Source: Phoronis australis
Taxonomy: Eukaryota > Animalia > Phoronida
Reading direction: 5' to 3'
Assembly (NCBI GenBank): GCA_002633005.1
Contig: NMRA01000110.1
Coordinates: forward strand, 271,850 to 335,849
Length of the DNA stretch: 64,000 bases
Part shown: one piece after another, positions 11,801-22,702 of the stretch
Layout of the letters: each line of letters begins with the position of its first letter
Position numbering within the stretch: the stretch's first letter is position 1
The notes under the pieces: model-generated
The model's database searches: none
What the model was told of the DNA's origin: nothing
What the model saw: only the letters and a program-made list of their open reading frames with translations
Translations under genes and position numbers: made by a program

Positions 11801-14800
11801 TTATCACCGTCTACACTGTCTACATCACCAGGTCCGGTCACCACGGCAACAATGCTCCATTCTCTCCCTCTGGTCCCCACCAGGTGTGCAGTCTGCAACA
11901 GGTGTGTACAAGGAGTGACTAGGAGAATATTACAGTGACATTTCTTGGCACGAAGGTTTGATTTTCGTGTTATAAATCCCTTCCACAACTTTGTCTGTCT
12001 ATGTAAAGTGGTCATTGTAAGCAAATATTCAGGTTTGCCTTCTTGACTCGGCAGGAAAGCAGCTTTAAATAGGTAGTAGACGGGATGTGTTTTAATTACG
12101 CACGTCTCTTGCCAGTTAAGTGATATCATGTGTGCAGATTGTGATACGTGGTGACACTCTATGTAGACTTGAGTGTTCTAGACTTGTGGAGTTCATGTAT
12201 GGCAGCCTGATGTAGTCGCTCATCTTTGCCTGTTATTTGCATTTGAAATATTGCATGAAGGGAGTCATTCTCGAATAAATTTTCAAAATACGTCAAATTA
12301 GTTCACGATTTGATTTACGTTGCAGAATGTTGTTTCTCCTTCATCAAAGTAACCAAACATATGAGCTTTAAATAAAATCTTTTTCACAGGACTGTTCTCT
12401 GCAGTATATTCCCAGCATGCCTTGTGGTTTGCAACTACACCTGGACATGACTTGGAAAGAGTTCCTCCAAAAGGTGGAGCTGTTGCCCATTTGTAAATCA
12501 GGAGCCACTGCAGGTTAGTTTATTCTTGCCGTAGACTTCCGTAACAATTGTCCATGATAATATTTTATTCGTCTGCACTCATGGCCAGGGTGTGTAAATT
12601 GAGAAACACGTGTATCATCAGTTGCGGATCTAGGCTACCATAAGGGGGGGCCCAACATGTTGCCTCATTGAATTGGGCAAAGCATGATTTTATGTGCACA
12701 GGCTAAAAATTTTTTTTAAAAATAGGAACACGATCGCACCACGATCTGGGGTCTGAGCCCCGCCCACCTCCCTTTCTTCGCTACTGGTCCCAGTTGCTGA
12801 ACTCAATATTTCCTCATGCTTCACCCTCTTGCTGTTTCATTTTGCTTGCGGCAGCCAAGGGAGGGGGGGGGGCTCGGGCCTCCTGGCCCACCTAAAACTG
12901 CCTATGATCACGTGGTGAAAGTCTGGGGTAGGTACCTGAATGTCCAATTAGGGACTCGAGGGTTTGTGCGCTGAGAATTTCATGTGTTTGTGCCATCACA
13001 GATGGAAGAATTGAACAACACATCAGTGGAATGTTTACAATCTTTCATCTTCGCATTCTCTTCACATCTGCAGGTCAGTGGATTGTACCATGCAGTCAGT
13101 GTGCTGATGCAAAGACATGTTTTTGGGAGGAAGCTCTATGGCAACCGTTGTCATGTCGACATCAGAAGTATGGAGCCAGTGATGTTCAGCAATGTATGAC
13201 CAATAAAAAGGTGAAAATGTGTGATATTTGTGCTAAATTGGATATATTAATACATTCAAAAGTAAAATAGAAATTATTGTAGCTTTCTGCAAAGTTTGAT
13301 GGGGCCTGGAACTGTCTTTTTGGCAATGTCTCTGTGTCCGTATTGCAGTTTAAAATGACGGATTACATAATAATTGAGATATCAGAGACTGGGGGGTGGA
13401 TCCAGGATTTTGAGTTATGGAGGGGGGCAGGGCAGAGTATTAGCCAGGATTAAGCTCATCCCGAACTGCCAAATGTAATCTGGGAGAATTTTAGGGGGGG
13501 CCATGGCCCTCCTCTGAATCCGCCACTGAGACTAATGGAATTTGCTTGTGAAGGCGCTGGATAATGTTCTTTAGACATGAGAAAGCACTGTCTTGAAGAT
13601 AATGCAAGATATTGCCGTGCATTGCAAGCGAAGCTCATGGCTGCACTGTTTTTACTTGCCAGAACTCTGCTCAGGACAAGTGTTTGAAACATGTGTTGGA
13701 TTGTTGGTGAATATCTTAATATGGTACTGTGCTGTAGTTGGGATGGGTCTTCACCTTACTCTATATTGTAGATCCTGTTCCTGGGGGACTCTACAAACCG
13801 TGGTATTCTCCACTACATCATTGAACGAGTGAATGGCTCATTGACAGAGTGGGACAAGACTCACAATATCAAATACTATCCAAGTCTCAATCACAATCGC
13901 ACAGCGGTCAGCTTCGCTTATTTCCCTCAGTTCTGGCTTCCTGCTGCCCACCGTCCAGACATTGGTTCTACTCTTCACCAGTTAATCAACAGGTAAATAC
14001 TGTTGTACTGGAGTGTTTCTATTGATTTCAACATTATGTCTTTTGGCTGGAGTTCACAACTTTCAGCCTCTTTCAAGAAACTTTGTTATTTACAACATGT
14101 TATTTACAACATGTTATTTACAACATGTTATTTACAACATGTTATTTACAACATGTTATTTACAACATGTTATTTACAATATGTTATTTTCAATATCAGA
14201 TGGATGTTATACATCACACTTGTTATCATTCGACTCCAAGATTGGAGACTACTCGCTGCTTTATGGGCAAAATCACAACTGATGCTTTTGAGAGCAATGT
14301 AGTGAATATCTGTCTCAATCACTGGATCAACCTTTTAAAACTGTGTTTTAGCTGGCCAACGTTTTCAATTCTCAACTGGTCACATGATCGGTTTTATCCA
14401 TTAATTCCATTCAGGCTCCAAGTTTTTTTTCTTAAGGTCGCTGCCCTTGAGTAATGACCCATCAACAGTGCTGGTGCTTGGAGGCGTCCAATGGCTGGCC
14501 ACTCACCACTTGACTGCCGTCCTGTCATCTCTCAAGTCACATAACTTGGACAATATCAGTCTGGTAATGAAGAGTCTGGGAGCAGGCTTTCACCAGCCAG
14601 TGGAAGGTCTGCGCTATCTGTCACAGGTCAGCAGTCAGTCTAATTACATAATCACTGTTACTTCTGCCCTCTGTTGGCTGAAACCCAGTACTATAACTCA
14701 TTGCATATCACCTGATATCACTCTCAGGATCAGTACATATTGCATGATATCAGTTGACTGGAATGAGCATGGATTTAGACGAATACAGGGCAGATGTACA

Positions 14801-17154
14801 TTGAGGACAGTCTTGTGTGTCAAATGATATGTAACATAACCATCTTACTCCTACTAACAATGGGATGATTAGCTGCTGATAGTAAATAACTGATGTAAAC
14901 ATTGTGTTGGATGGGATGCAGTTACAATCCATTTGCCAGCTACTCGTCCTTAGTGATAGGCCTACATTCTTGTTTACTATACTGGTCCTTAGTGATACAT
15001 TCTTGTTTACTATATTGGTCCTTAGTGATACATTCTTGTTTACTATACTGGTCCTTAGTGATACATTCTTGTTTACTATACTGGTCCTTAGTGATACATT
15101 CTTGTTTACTATATTGGTCCTTAGTGATACATTCTTGTTTACTATACTGGTCCTTAGTGATACATTCTTGTTTACTATACTGGTCCTTAATGATACATAC
15201 TTGACTACTATTATACCGTTATAGTTAATTTCTTTTGCTGATGACTGTGGAACAGAGATGTCAGTTAGAGCTAGCGTGCCCTCTTTACACTGTAGGCTGA
15301 CTTGTCTTGTACCCGATCAAAAGTGTTATCTCAATACACCGTAAAGAGTTAGTTGGTCTGGATATTGAATGCGTGGTGACAATTAACTCCCTGATTACTG
15401 TGTTAAGGAGAGCAACCCCCAGGAAGTTCCAAAACTATTGAGTTCGAATGATGACTTATACAGTAGTGTGATTATGCGTACTGGTCACCATGACTCCACC
15501 AAAACCTGGTCATACAGTGATGTCATGCCCACTGATCACCATGACTTCACCATAACCTGGTCATATAGTGATGTCATGTCCACTGGTCACCATGACTTCA
15601 CCATAACCTGGTCATATAGTGATGTCATGCCCACTGATCACCATGACTTCACCATAACCTGGTCATAATACAACATTCATCACTGATTGCAGAAGGAGCA
15701 CCAAGTTTTGTTTCGAAGAAATCATGACTTNCCCTGATTACTGTGTTAAGGAGAGCAACCCCCAGGAAGTTCCAAAACTATTGAGTTCGAATGATGACTT
15801 ATACAGTACTGTGATTATGCGTACTGGTCACTATGACTCCACCAAAACCTGGTCATACAGTGATGTCATGCCCACTGATCACCATGACTTCACCATAACC
15901 TGGTCATATAGTGATGTCATGTCCACTGGTCACCATGACTTCACCATAACCTGGTCATATAGTGATGTCATGCCCACTGGTCACCATGACTTCACCATAA
16001 CCTGGTCATATAGTGATGTCATGCCCACTGATCACCATGACTTCACCCTAACCTGGTCATAATACAACATTCATCACTGATTGCAGAAGGAGCACCAAGT
16101 TTTGTTTCGAAGAAATCATGACTTGAGTTCATTTGCCAGCGTCCGAGGCTTCAAGGTCATTGACACATTTAACATCACAATGGCGAGATATCGGGACTTT
16201 CTGCAGGGGAAGTGTGCCTGTCACTTCCACAGGGTAAGAAGTGATATAGACAGACATAGACAGAGGCATAAGTAAACTTACCAAGAATAGTCAATAACAA
16301 TACATTGAAGAATTCATTCAGTGTGTTTGTGTTTGTGTGTGTGTGTGTGTGTGTTTGTGTGTGTTTGTGTGTGTTTGTGTACATGTACACGCGTGTGCTC
16401 CACAAGTGTTTCTGTGGTACTTGAGAAGTGTGCCTAAGTGGAATGGAGGTTCTTTAGATTGATCTAAAAATGTCTGTATGCGAGCATAGAATGTTGTATC
16501 CACACAAAGACTTGTTTGTTAGTTTATTTTAATATGCTCCTTTTCACTTGATCAGCAGCGCAATGTCACAAAGTTACACTATGCCATTACTGACTCTGTG
16601 CCTAAGGCCAAAATACCATAAATTGTTCTGGTCTATGCCTCATTCATTTTGAAACCTACGCATTACAGTTTATGAAAAATGATCTTGGTCCATATCAGCT
16701 GATATCAAGTGATGCTTTGAAGAAAAAAGAAAACAAGAACCCCTTTCAGCTGACACCATGTGACTTTCCTTTTTGTAACTGTGGAAAACTTGGGCAAATG
16801 CTGCATCGTCGCATGAGTTCAAAGAAAACAAAAAAACAGAATAAATTGTGCCATTTTTTGATCTAATGTCTAAATCTGCTGTTTTGTCCTGAGAGAAGAA
16901 GCTGATTTATGGGTTTAGAGTAAGATGTCCTCTCGATTCCCTGCTTCTAGGTGACCCAAATGAAGGAGGCGGAGACGAGGAGTGCAATGACGTTCACAAG
17001 TCTGGCACAGTCAGGAATACTAGTCAAACCAGAGTTACTGAGGCCAATGCAGCAGACACTGGAGATCGATAGGAACCTGCAGTACCATGTGGCAGGGGAG
17101 ATAAATACTGTCTACTCTGAGATGGTGATCAATGAAATATGTCGAGAGATTTAA
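2758..17154 (+). CDS. CPED1: CPED1 orthologue (cadherin-like and PC-esterase domain-containing protein 1), 16 exons, about 960 aa, 5' end uncertain
   Basis: All exons are bounded by AG/GT and join in phase (2883 nt including the stop). Motifs VLVTSSSPLRVYIHSQG, RCSACFQLF, GQWIVPCSQC, ILFLGDSTNRG, PQFW, VLVLGGVQWL, DTFNITMARYRDFLQGKCACHFH and YHVAGEIN match vertebrate CPED1 as I recall it, in the same order. Confidence 0.93.
3848..4015 (+). CDS. CPED1: CPED1 exon (EDWSLLWC...KVNVIPSLNDALVSKKSLC), TTL-like N-terminal region
   Basis: ccttttcag acceptor, T|GTGAGT donor; W-x-LLW and KVNxxP...K..LC pattern. Confidence 0.85.
4564..4744 (+). CDS. CPED1: CPED1 exon (SFKQSHLVLSCFIFPSQF...WVIH...RLKQ)
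   Basis: ttttatttgtag acceptor, CA|GTAAGA donor; phase 1 to 2. Confidence 0.8.
5180..5436 (+). repeat. 63-64-bp tandem repeat spanning the intron/exon boundary, about 4 copies
   Basis: The unit cagGTACCAAAACCGTGAGGCTGTTGCTTGGCAATACTTC... recurs, with AG at 5180, 5243, 5307 and 5371. Confidence 0.92.
5373..5550 (+). CDS. CPED1: CPED1 exon (YQNREAVAWQYFSNPALLFGLPFSVRLLVLVTSSSPLRVYIHSQG...FQK)
   Basis: The last copy of a repeated ttgtttcag acceptor is the only in-frame one; AAG|GTAACT donor; ATP-grasp-like motif. Confidence 0.88.
5752..6419. repeat. 35-bp minisatellite (atatggctgacataatgtgctcagtagccagtcca), about 19 copies
   Basis: Read directly. Confidence 0.96.
6877..7070 (+). CDS. CPED1: CPED1 exon (VINREWSLGHF...QTLLAAE...); donor at 7071 or alternatively 7032
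   Basis: ttttaatttacag acceptor; two phase-2 donors (AG|GTTAAT, CG|GTAAAT); LLAAE motif. Confidence 0.8.
7636..7972 (+). CDS. CPED1: CPED1 exon (CSACFQLFGIEAIFNTSFHPVIIDV...TAGFRQ)
   Basis: gtgtttcag acceptor, CAA|GTAAGT donor; CxxCFQL motif. Confidence 0.9.
8005..8200. repeat. 33-bp minisatellite (cccactgtgtgctgatggtgtcaggcagtcaga), 5-6 copies
   Basis: Read directly; starts just after an exon donor. Confidence 0.9.
8237..8441. repeat. G-rich degenerate repeat of about 20 bp (gggatgcccagggg...)
   Basis: Repeated gatgcccagggg cores. Confidence 0.85.
8781..8971 (+). CDS. CPED1: CPED1 exon (LYPAPDIPRYSHLMNDL...); donor at 8972 or 8948
   Basis: catttcag acceptor, GFRQ|LYP junction; two phase-2 donor candidates. 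Confidence 0.75.
9427..9497 (+). CDS. CPED1: CPED1 small linker exon (PKEVQLDNLPLIERVVFEEQNNK)
   Basis: ttatttcag acceptor, T|GTAAGT donor; phase 2 to 1, which bridges the flanking exons. Confidence 0.7.
9560..9710. repeat. 14-bp self-complementary tandem repeat (ggttcggcacaacc)
   Basis: About eight good copies plus degenerate flanking ones. Confidence 0.9.
10140..10359 (+). CDS. CPED1: CPED1 exon, cadherin-like domain part 1 (CSESPETVPYLSGIHFKPALDLLPQFYPATLEYHVTVPY...)
   Basis: ttctcacag acceptor, AG|GTAGTG donor; L-x-P-x-F-x-P...Y...VP motif. Confidence 0.9.
11457..11592. repeat. 12-bp tandem repeat (ataacatcttac), about 11 copies
   Basis: Read directly. Confidence 0.96.
11721..11901 (+). 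CDS. CPED1: CPED1 exon, cadherin-like domain part 2 (PTNYTLGIGENRIDILVVE...CSLQQ)
   Basis: ttactttcag acceptor, CAG|GTGTGT donor; YxLGxGxNxIxIxV motif. Confidence 0.9.
12390..12513 (+). CDS. CPED1: CPED1 exon (DCSLQYIPSMPCGLQ...CKSGATA)
   Basis: ttttcacag acceptor, G|GTTAGT donor; DC...CGLQ...CxSG pattern. Absent from the ORF track. Confidence 0.88.
12619..12906. mobile_element. Degenerate MITE with CAGTtGCGGATC...CTGCCTATG ends and 5-bp flanks atcat/atcac
   Basis: Weak terminal inverted repeats, G-runs typical of this class, 4/5 flanking duplication. Confidence 0.45.
13074..13210 (+). CDS. CPED1: CPED1 exon (GQWIVPCSQCADAKTCFWEEALWQPLSC...CMTNKK)
   Basis: catctgcag acceptor, AAG|GTGAAA donor; GxW and WQPxxC motifs that precede PC-esterase domains. 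Confidence 0.92.
13391..13528. mobile_element. 138-bp MITE with a CAGTGGCGGATxCAG-type TIR and 5-bp TSD AGACT
   Basis: Left ggggggtggatccag, right ctgaatccgccactg; agact directly flanks both ends. Confidence 0.65.
13772..13992 (+). CDS. CPED1: CPED1 exon with the GDS nucleophile motif (ILFLGDSTNRGILHYIIERVNG...PQFWLP...)
   Basis: tattgtag acceptor, AG|GTAAAT donor; GDS(T) motif. Confidence 0.93.
14083..14190. repeat. 14-bp tandem repeat (ttatttacaacatg), about 7 copies
   Basis: Read directly. Confidence 0.93.
14437..14626 (+). CDS. CPED1: CPED1 exon (SLPLSNDPSTVLVLGGVQWL...KSLGAGFHQPVEGLRYLSQ)
   Basis: ttttcttaag acceptor, CAG|GTCAGC donor. Confidence 0.92.
14945..15200. repeat. 33-bp minisatellite (ggtccttagtgatacattcttgtttactatact), about 7 copies
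   Basis: Read directly. Confidence 0.93.
15389..16124. repeat. Duplication 15389-15730 / 15732-16124 around a single N, containing a 51-bp VNTR; probably an assembly artefact
   Basis: Copies are 342 and 393 bp, differing by one 51-bp unit and a few SNPs. Confidence 0.85.
16087..16233 (+). CDS. CPED1: CPED1 exon (KEHQVLF...DTFNITMARYRDFLQGKCACHFHR)
   Basis: attgcag acceptor, AGG|GTAAGA donor; conserved CxCHFH. Confidence 0.93.
16321..16381. repeat. Interrupted (GT)n microsatellite
   Basis: Read directly. Confidence 0.9.
16951..17154 (+). CDS. CPED1: CPED1 last coding exon (VTQMKE...YHVAGEINTVYSEMVINEICREI*)
   Basis: ctgcttctag acceptor, TAA stop; YHVxGxIN...SE...C terminal motif. Confidence 0.92.
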   Translation: MTQMKEAETRSAMTFTSLAQSGILVKPELLRPMQQTLEIDRNLQYHVAGEINTVYSEMVINEICREI

Positions 17155-17510
17155 TTATTCAAGCAAAGTATTTTTGACTAGTGTGTGTAGCACTGTGTAG
17201 TGTGGAGTGTAAATGTTGAGTTCTGAAAACAAAGACTTTGTTTCTTCAGTGCTTTTTGACCTGATTGCACATTACATTATATTGGTGCATATTACATTAT
17301 ATTGTTATACATGATGTTCCTCAAGCCCCAGTGTTGCAAGACATCTTTGTCACTATACCTCTTCATTATAGACACTTAGTCTCTCTCAATTCTCTGTCTA
17401 GAATCTCTTGTGCTAAAACTAGGTGAAAACGTAAGAAGCGATTGATTTTTGTTACATCATTGACTATGGTATGTATGATAACATAGTAGTGTAGTTACAT
17501 GAAGCATGCT

Positions 17511-17572
17511 CCCGGGGGGAGGGGGGGTGACTCACATTGACAAGGTGACAACATTAGCGTACCAAATATTGT
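17511..17572. mobile_element. Terminal fragment of a CCCGGG-ended repeat family
   Basis: cccggggg..gtgactcacattgacaaggtg...gtaccaaa matches the reverse complement of 30915-30964. Confidence 0.5.
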
Positions 17573-18273
17573 GGTTAGGCAGTACCTTTTCAGCTTCAGC
17601 AGGTTTTGCAAGATATTCATAGGGTTTATTAGGTCCCGTTAGGTCCCCTTAATTTCCATTTCAACCTTGCAACAAGCACTCTGGATTGGCCAGGGTTGTC
17701 TACCTACTTGCAACAGACCACTATTGATTCAACTAGTCATTCGTACAATTACTCTGAAATCATTCTGGAAATAACAGAGAACAGAGTATTCAGTTCACTG
17801 TTGGGAGATTTAAAGATTTTTCATGCTGGCAACTGCAATATGTATACAAAGGAAACTACTGTAGGCCTGTCATGGATTGTTCATGTAAAACACCTTTCCT
17901 TTGCAGTGGTTAGATTAAATATAATGCACTGAGCAAAATGAGATGACTTGTGGGTGAACCCCAGGATAGGGGTGGGGCAGAAAAATTTACCTGCCATAGG
18001 GGTAGGGATTAACAGATAAGGCACCTGCAGGAGGGGGTCTGTCAATATTCTTGGGTAGACAAATGTGTGGAAGTGAACCCTCGGGGTTAGCACATACATT
18101 ATGTTTGTGTGTTGAAAAATGTTGCAAGATTTATTTTGATTCACATATATCTAATTTTTGTATGGAAAGTATTTTTAACTCACTGCATAGTTGTTGATGA
18201 TGAATATTTAGTAAACATTATGATCACTCAGGGAATTAGAATTATTATTTTAGACCATTTTTATTTGATATTA

Positions 18274-18279
18274 AATAAA
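18274..18279 (+). terminator. Possible polyadenylation signal AATAAA for CPED1
   Basis: AATAAA about 1.1 kb after the stop, followed by T/GT-rich sequence; the AT-rich context makes a chance match possible. Confidence 0.3.
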
Positions 18280-18359
18280 TTATTATTATTACTGTTTACA
18301 ACTTGTTTGTATGTCTGGCACCAGTATGATACAAAGCCCCAATGTACTGTTTACAATTT

Positions 18360-18519
18360 GAGTGGAGAGGGGGCGACCGGGAGGGGGTGGCCACTGTAGG
18401 GGGGTGGCCACTGAGGAGATAACTAGGGGGTGGGGGTGGGGGTGGCCGACTGGAGGGTGGTTGGCGACTGGAGGGGTGTAGGGGGGTGGCCGCTGGGGAG
18501 GCAACCAGGGGTTGGGGTG
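18360..18519. repeat. G-rich degenerate repeat (ggggtggccactg...) running into an assembly gap
   Basis: Many G4-G7 runs next to the N-run. Confidence 0.75.
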
Positions 18520-18842
18520 NNNNNNNNNNNNNNNNNNNNNNNNNNNNNNNNNNNNNNNNNNNNNNNNNNNNNNNNNNNNNNNNNNNNNNNNNNNNNNNNN
18601 NNNNNNNNNNNNNNNNNNNNNNNNNNNNNNNNNNNNNNNNNNNNNNNNNNNNNNNNNNNNNNNNNNNNNNNNNNNNNNNNNNNNNNNNNNNNNNNNNNNN
18701 NNNNNNNNNNNNNNNNNNNNNNNNNNNNNNNNNNNNNNNNNNNNNNNNNNNNNNNNNNNNNNNNNNNNNNNNNNNNNNNNNNNNNNNNNNNNNNNNNNNN
18801 NNNNNNNNNNNNNNNNNNNNNNNNNNNNNNNNNNNNNNNNNN
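18520..18842. other. Assembly gap (N-run)
   Basis: Ns. Confidence 0.99.
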
Positions 18843-20754
18843 TTTTCAAATATTCAATTGGTATAAATGTGATACGCATTTTGGTCCCAAAAAGGACCCT
18901 TGGGTTAGTCACTTGGGGGGCCACTGTGACCATAATTAGAGGGCCGATCAAGCTGAAACTTGGGGGCTAATCATTTGAAGGATTGGCCTTTCAAATAAAA
19001 ACAGTATCTTTGAAATCAAAGACAAAAAGTTTTTCGACCGAAAAAAAACCTAAGCCTATAGTCCAGGGTTTTTTTGGGCCGAAAATTTTTTTGTCTCCAA
19101 TTTCAAAAATTCTTTTTTAGGTCGACGTGGAGTGTTGAGAAACTAAACCCCACCAAGTTTGAGTTCGATCGGATCATTAGTAAGGTCACGCGACAAGATC
19201 AAAGTTGAAAAACGTCATTTTTAGACCTTTTCGCGCCAAAAATTTTTTTACCCCGATTTCAAAACTTCTTTCTTTGTTGGATAGCCCTTTACTTACTGGC
19301 TCCAAAACGGTAAGTCGCCAAGTCCGCTGATCCCTAACAAGGTCACAACGGTGGATCAAAGTTGGAAAATTGAGGCAGAACTGGCAACCAGGTCAGTGGA
19401 AAGGGAGAGGAATCAACTTGGCAAATTACAACAGGGTCTACAATATTGGCAGCTTTGTCCGTTTCTCTGAAAATCTGTGCCGCGCATTGTTGTTTGTGAG
19501 ATATTCTTTAAGAATTTCAAATTTACCTTAGATGTGTGCGTTGTTCATCGTGCACTAGTCTGGTGGGACCTCTATCTTAGTTATCACGGAGTCATCAAGC
19601 GACTGTCATGAGAATTTGCGTTAAAGTGGCCCTCCATGGAACTGTTTTAATCACGACTCATGTATTCTCTGCCTGTACACAACTCGGACACCGGGTGTAT
19701 TTATAACTAGATCCAGTTGGCTCGCGAATGCAACTTCTACGAGGGTGTTCGAGTCATTTGTCCTCAGTTTGCGATATTTTTCGAATATCTTTGCAAACGT
19801 TCTCTTGTTATGAAATATGTGGGCAGGTACGCACAATCTGTCCAGCGCAATCGCGTTTTAAGCCCTCGACCAAGCCCTATCCCCCCGGCCACAGAAATTG
19901 GACCAGTACTGATTTCTCAGTGGCTAGAAAAACGCAATTTCTCAGTTATATATTGAAAATGCAGCGTAGAACAATGAGAACAATAAGACTATAATGCCTT
20001 CTATCAGAACACATCCGTTAAAAGAAGCAACTTTAAAAGGGCAACTCATCTTCCATCATTACAACTCTGGATTAGACCACTTACGACCATCATAAAATTG
20101 GCCTCAAATTGTTTCTTCGTCAAATAATGGTGGATTTCAGGTCTTCGACAGATTGCGGCAGTTCGTCATTGCATGACGTCAGACCCAACAAGCTTGCTTA
20201 TCACGACGTGCCATTTTATGCACATGTGCACGGCCGTGCAGAACGAATAGATAAGCCGGGAATATGTTGAGGCAGTTTTATATCTGCATGTCTAAGTTCG
20301 CTGTTTGGACGGAACACAGGCTTTTGTGTAAGGTCATTTATGAATAACACAGCACAGAAACTGTGAACATTTTGCGGAACCTGAGTAAGTGTGCGCACCT
20401 GTGTCAAAAAACAATAACTTCGCATTTACGAAGCGTTCTGTAATATAAAATGTGTTTCTTCTCATTCCTTACTCAGATTGGATTATGAACCAACAGGTTG
20501 TTACTGCAAAGCTTAAAAGTGGCTTAGTCACGACAACTAGGTTAGGCAGTTTGTCCGTCAGGACTCAGGAGTGTTCCGAGCATATATTTATTGTAATCAA
20601 TTTCATTTCAAACATAGAATAACAACGTTGTCTTTGAAGACTAAATACACTTGGGAAGACGGATAACACCAGAACACAGTTTGCGACTTTTAGCGGGAAC
20701 ATGACACGTGATTATGTTACATAAGGAACTTTGAGATTCATTTATGTTATACAT

Positions 20755-21196
20755 CGTATGTGGGTGTGTCAGTAGTTCTATGAACATTCGAGATACGTAT
20801 GTTTGTGTGTCTGTAGATTCTTTGGACATTCGAGATACATATATGGGTAGTTCCATGGACATTCGAAATACGGTGTGTCAGTAGTTCTATGGACATTCGA
20901 GATACGTATATGGGTGTGTCAGTAGTTCTATGGACATTCGACATACGTATATGGGTGTGTCAGTAGTTCTATGAACATTCGAGATACGTATATGGGTTTG
21001 TCTGTAGTTCTGTGGACATTCGAGATACGTATATGGGTGTGTCAGTAGTTCTATGGACATTCGAGATACGTATATGGGTGTGTCAGTAGTTTTATGGACA
21101 TTCGAGATACGTGTATGGGTGTGTCCGTAGTTCTATGGACATTCGAGATACGTATATGGGTGTGTCAGTAGCTCTATGCACATTTGAGATACGTAT
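20755..21196. repeat. 41-bp minisatellite (tatgggtgtgtcagtagttctatggacattcgagatacgta), about 11 copies
   Basis: Read directly. Confidence 0.93.
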
Positions 21197-22297
21197 AATC
21201 ATGGGGAAAATCACTCAGGAGATTACTGACATTATTGAACCTTGTTTTTATTTAGTGAAGTAGCAATAAACTCGGGCTGCCCCCTATCGGAGCACTGCAC
21301 ATGTCGATGGGGGCAGCGGGCTTTGATGAGCTTGGTCTGAAAGTGAACTTAACAATTTGTCTTTCGAAGCCCTGACATTACTGTCCAGTTTGACTGAGGC
21401 ACAATTTCAGATCAATTTTATAAAGGTACATTAAAAATTCACAACGAAAAATGGAACTTAGTACAACTATAACGCTGGTAAATGTTTGTGTACGTATACA
21501 TTGTAACTGTTACTTTGTTACAAAAAATGTATTTAAAAAACATTATAAAGGTAAGTGGTCCAAAACTAGGTAAAACATTTTTTTCATAAAGTTGGTGTAG
21601 TACCGCTTTAAATTATTATTATTGTTATTCACAATTCGTTATGCATCTGTTGCCATGCAGTGTGGTACGAAGCCACAGTTTTCTGTTCAGTGACAGTTTT
21701 GTGCTAATATAAGTAATGAGTAACCCTAGAAAAATGTTAAAATTTTACTAACTTCCGAACACTGTGCAGTGCCCCAGCTAGACACAAGTGCTAATCGGAT
21801 TCACGGTGCGATCGAAGGCTGTCACACACTGCGACCTGCGGACACCAGAACGTTGGGGGTTGTTTCACTTTTGCATGAGGAGCTGTCCGAAATTGGATCT
21901 TGAACGATATACGATCGTGTAACTGACGCCTTTATTTTGCTATGAACGTCTAATTTTTTAATTTTCTTTTCTGAAAAACCTTGTCCTCGGCAATCCTGTT
22001 CTGATTTTTGCAAAGTTCTAAAAATTAAATTATGCACGCTTTTACGTTCATAAAATGCATGGTTTAGTGCGTTAGCCTACTTTGTATAGTTCATTAATGT
22101 TTGGCTAATTAACTACATAGACATACTGATCAGGTTAGTCATCAACACTTTACAAGAAGACCTGTCACAGCAGACAGCCTAGTTCTCGTACTAAGCAGCT
22201 CCTTACAGTGCTGCTATCTGTCGGTCATTTTAATCAGGACGATCGGTATGATTTTGAATCGAATGCAATCACAGACACTTTAATGTCTAACTTTACG

Positions 22298-22702
22298 ATA
22301 GACAAGGGGTCCTAATTCCAGGGCAGACATGGGGGTACCTGACTCGTGAGGGCAGATAAGGAGCCCTGACTCCAGGACAGACGAGTGGCCACTGACTCCC
22401 GAGGACAAACAATTAGGCGGCCCCGACTCCCGAGGACAGAAAAGGGGCCCTGACTCTAGGACACTAGACAGACAAAAGACGCACTGACTCCCGAGAGACA
22501 GACAAGGGGCCCTGACTCCCGAGGGAAGACAAAGGGACCCTGACTTCAGTGAGGACAGACAAAGGGGCCTAACTCCAGCACAGACAGAGAGACCGACTCC
22601 TGAGGACAGACAAGAGCCCTGACTCCAAGACAGACAAGGGTTCTTCACTCCAAGACAGACAAGGGGCCCTGACTTCAGGACAGACTAAAGTACTCTGACT
22701 CT
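22298..22702. repeat. Degenerate tandem repeat of about 27-30 bp (ggacagacaaggggccctgactcc)
   Basis: Recurring ctgactcc...ggacagacaa cores. Confidence 0.85.

Noticed and set aside
15693-15730. Extra CPED1 exon or exon duplication
   Set aside because: It is truncated at the single N and best explained as a haplotype overlap.
18289-18970. Long ORFs spanning N-runs (also 44342-45191)
   Set aside because: They are open only because of assembly gaps.
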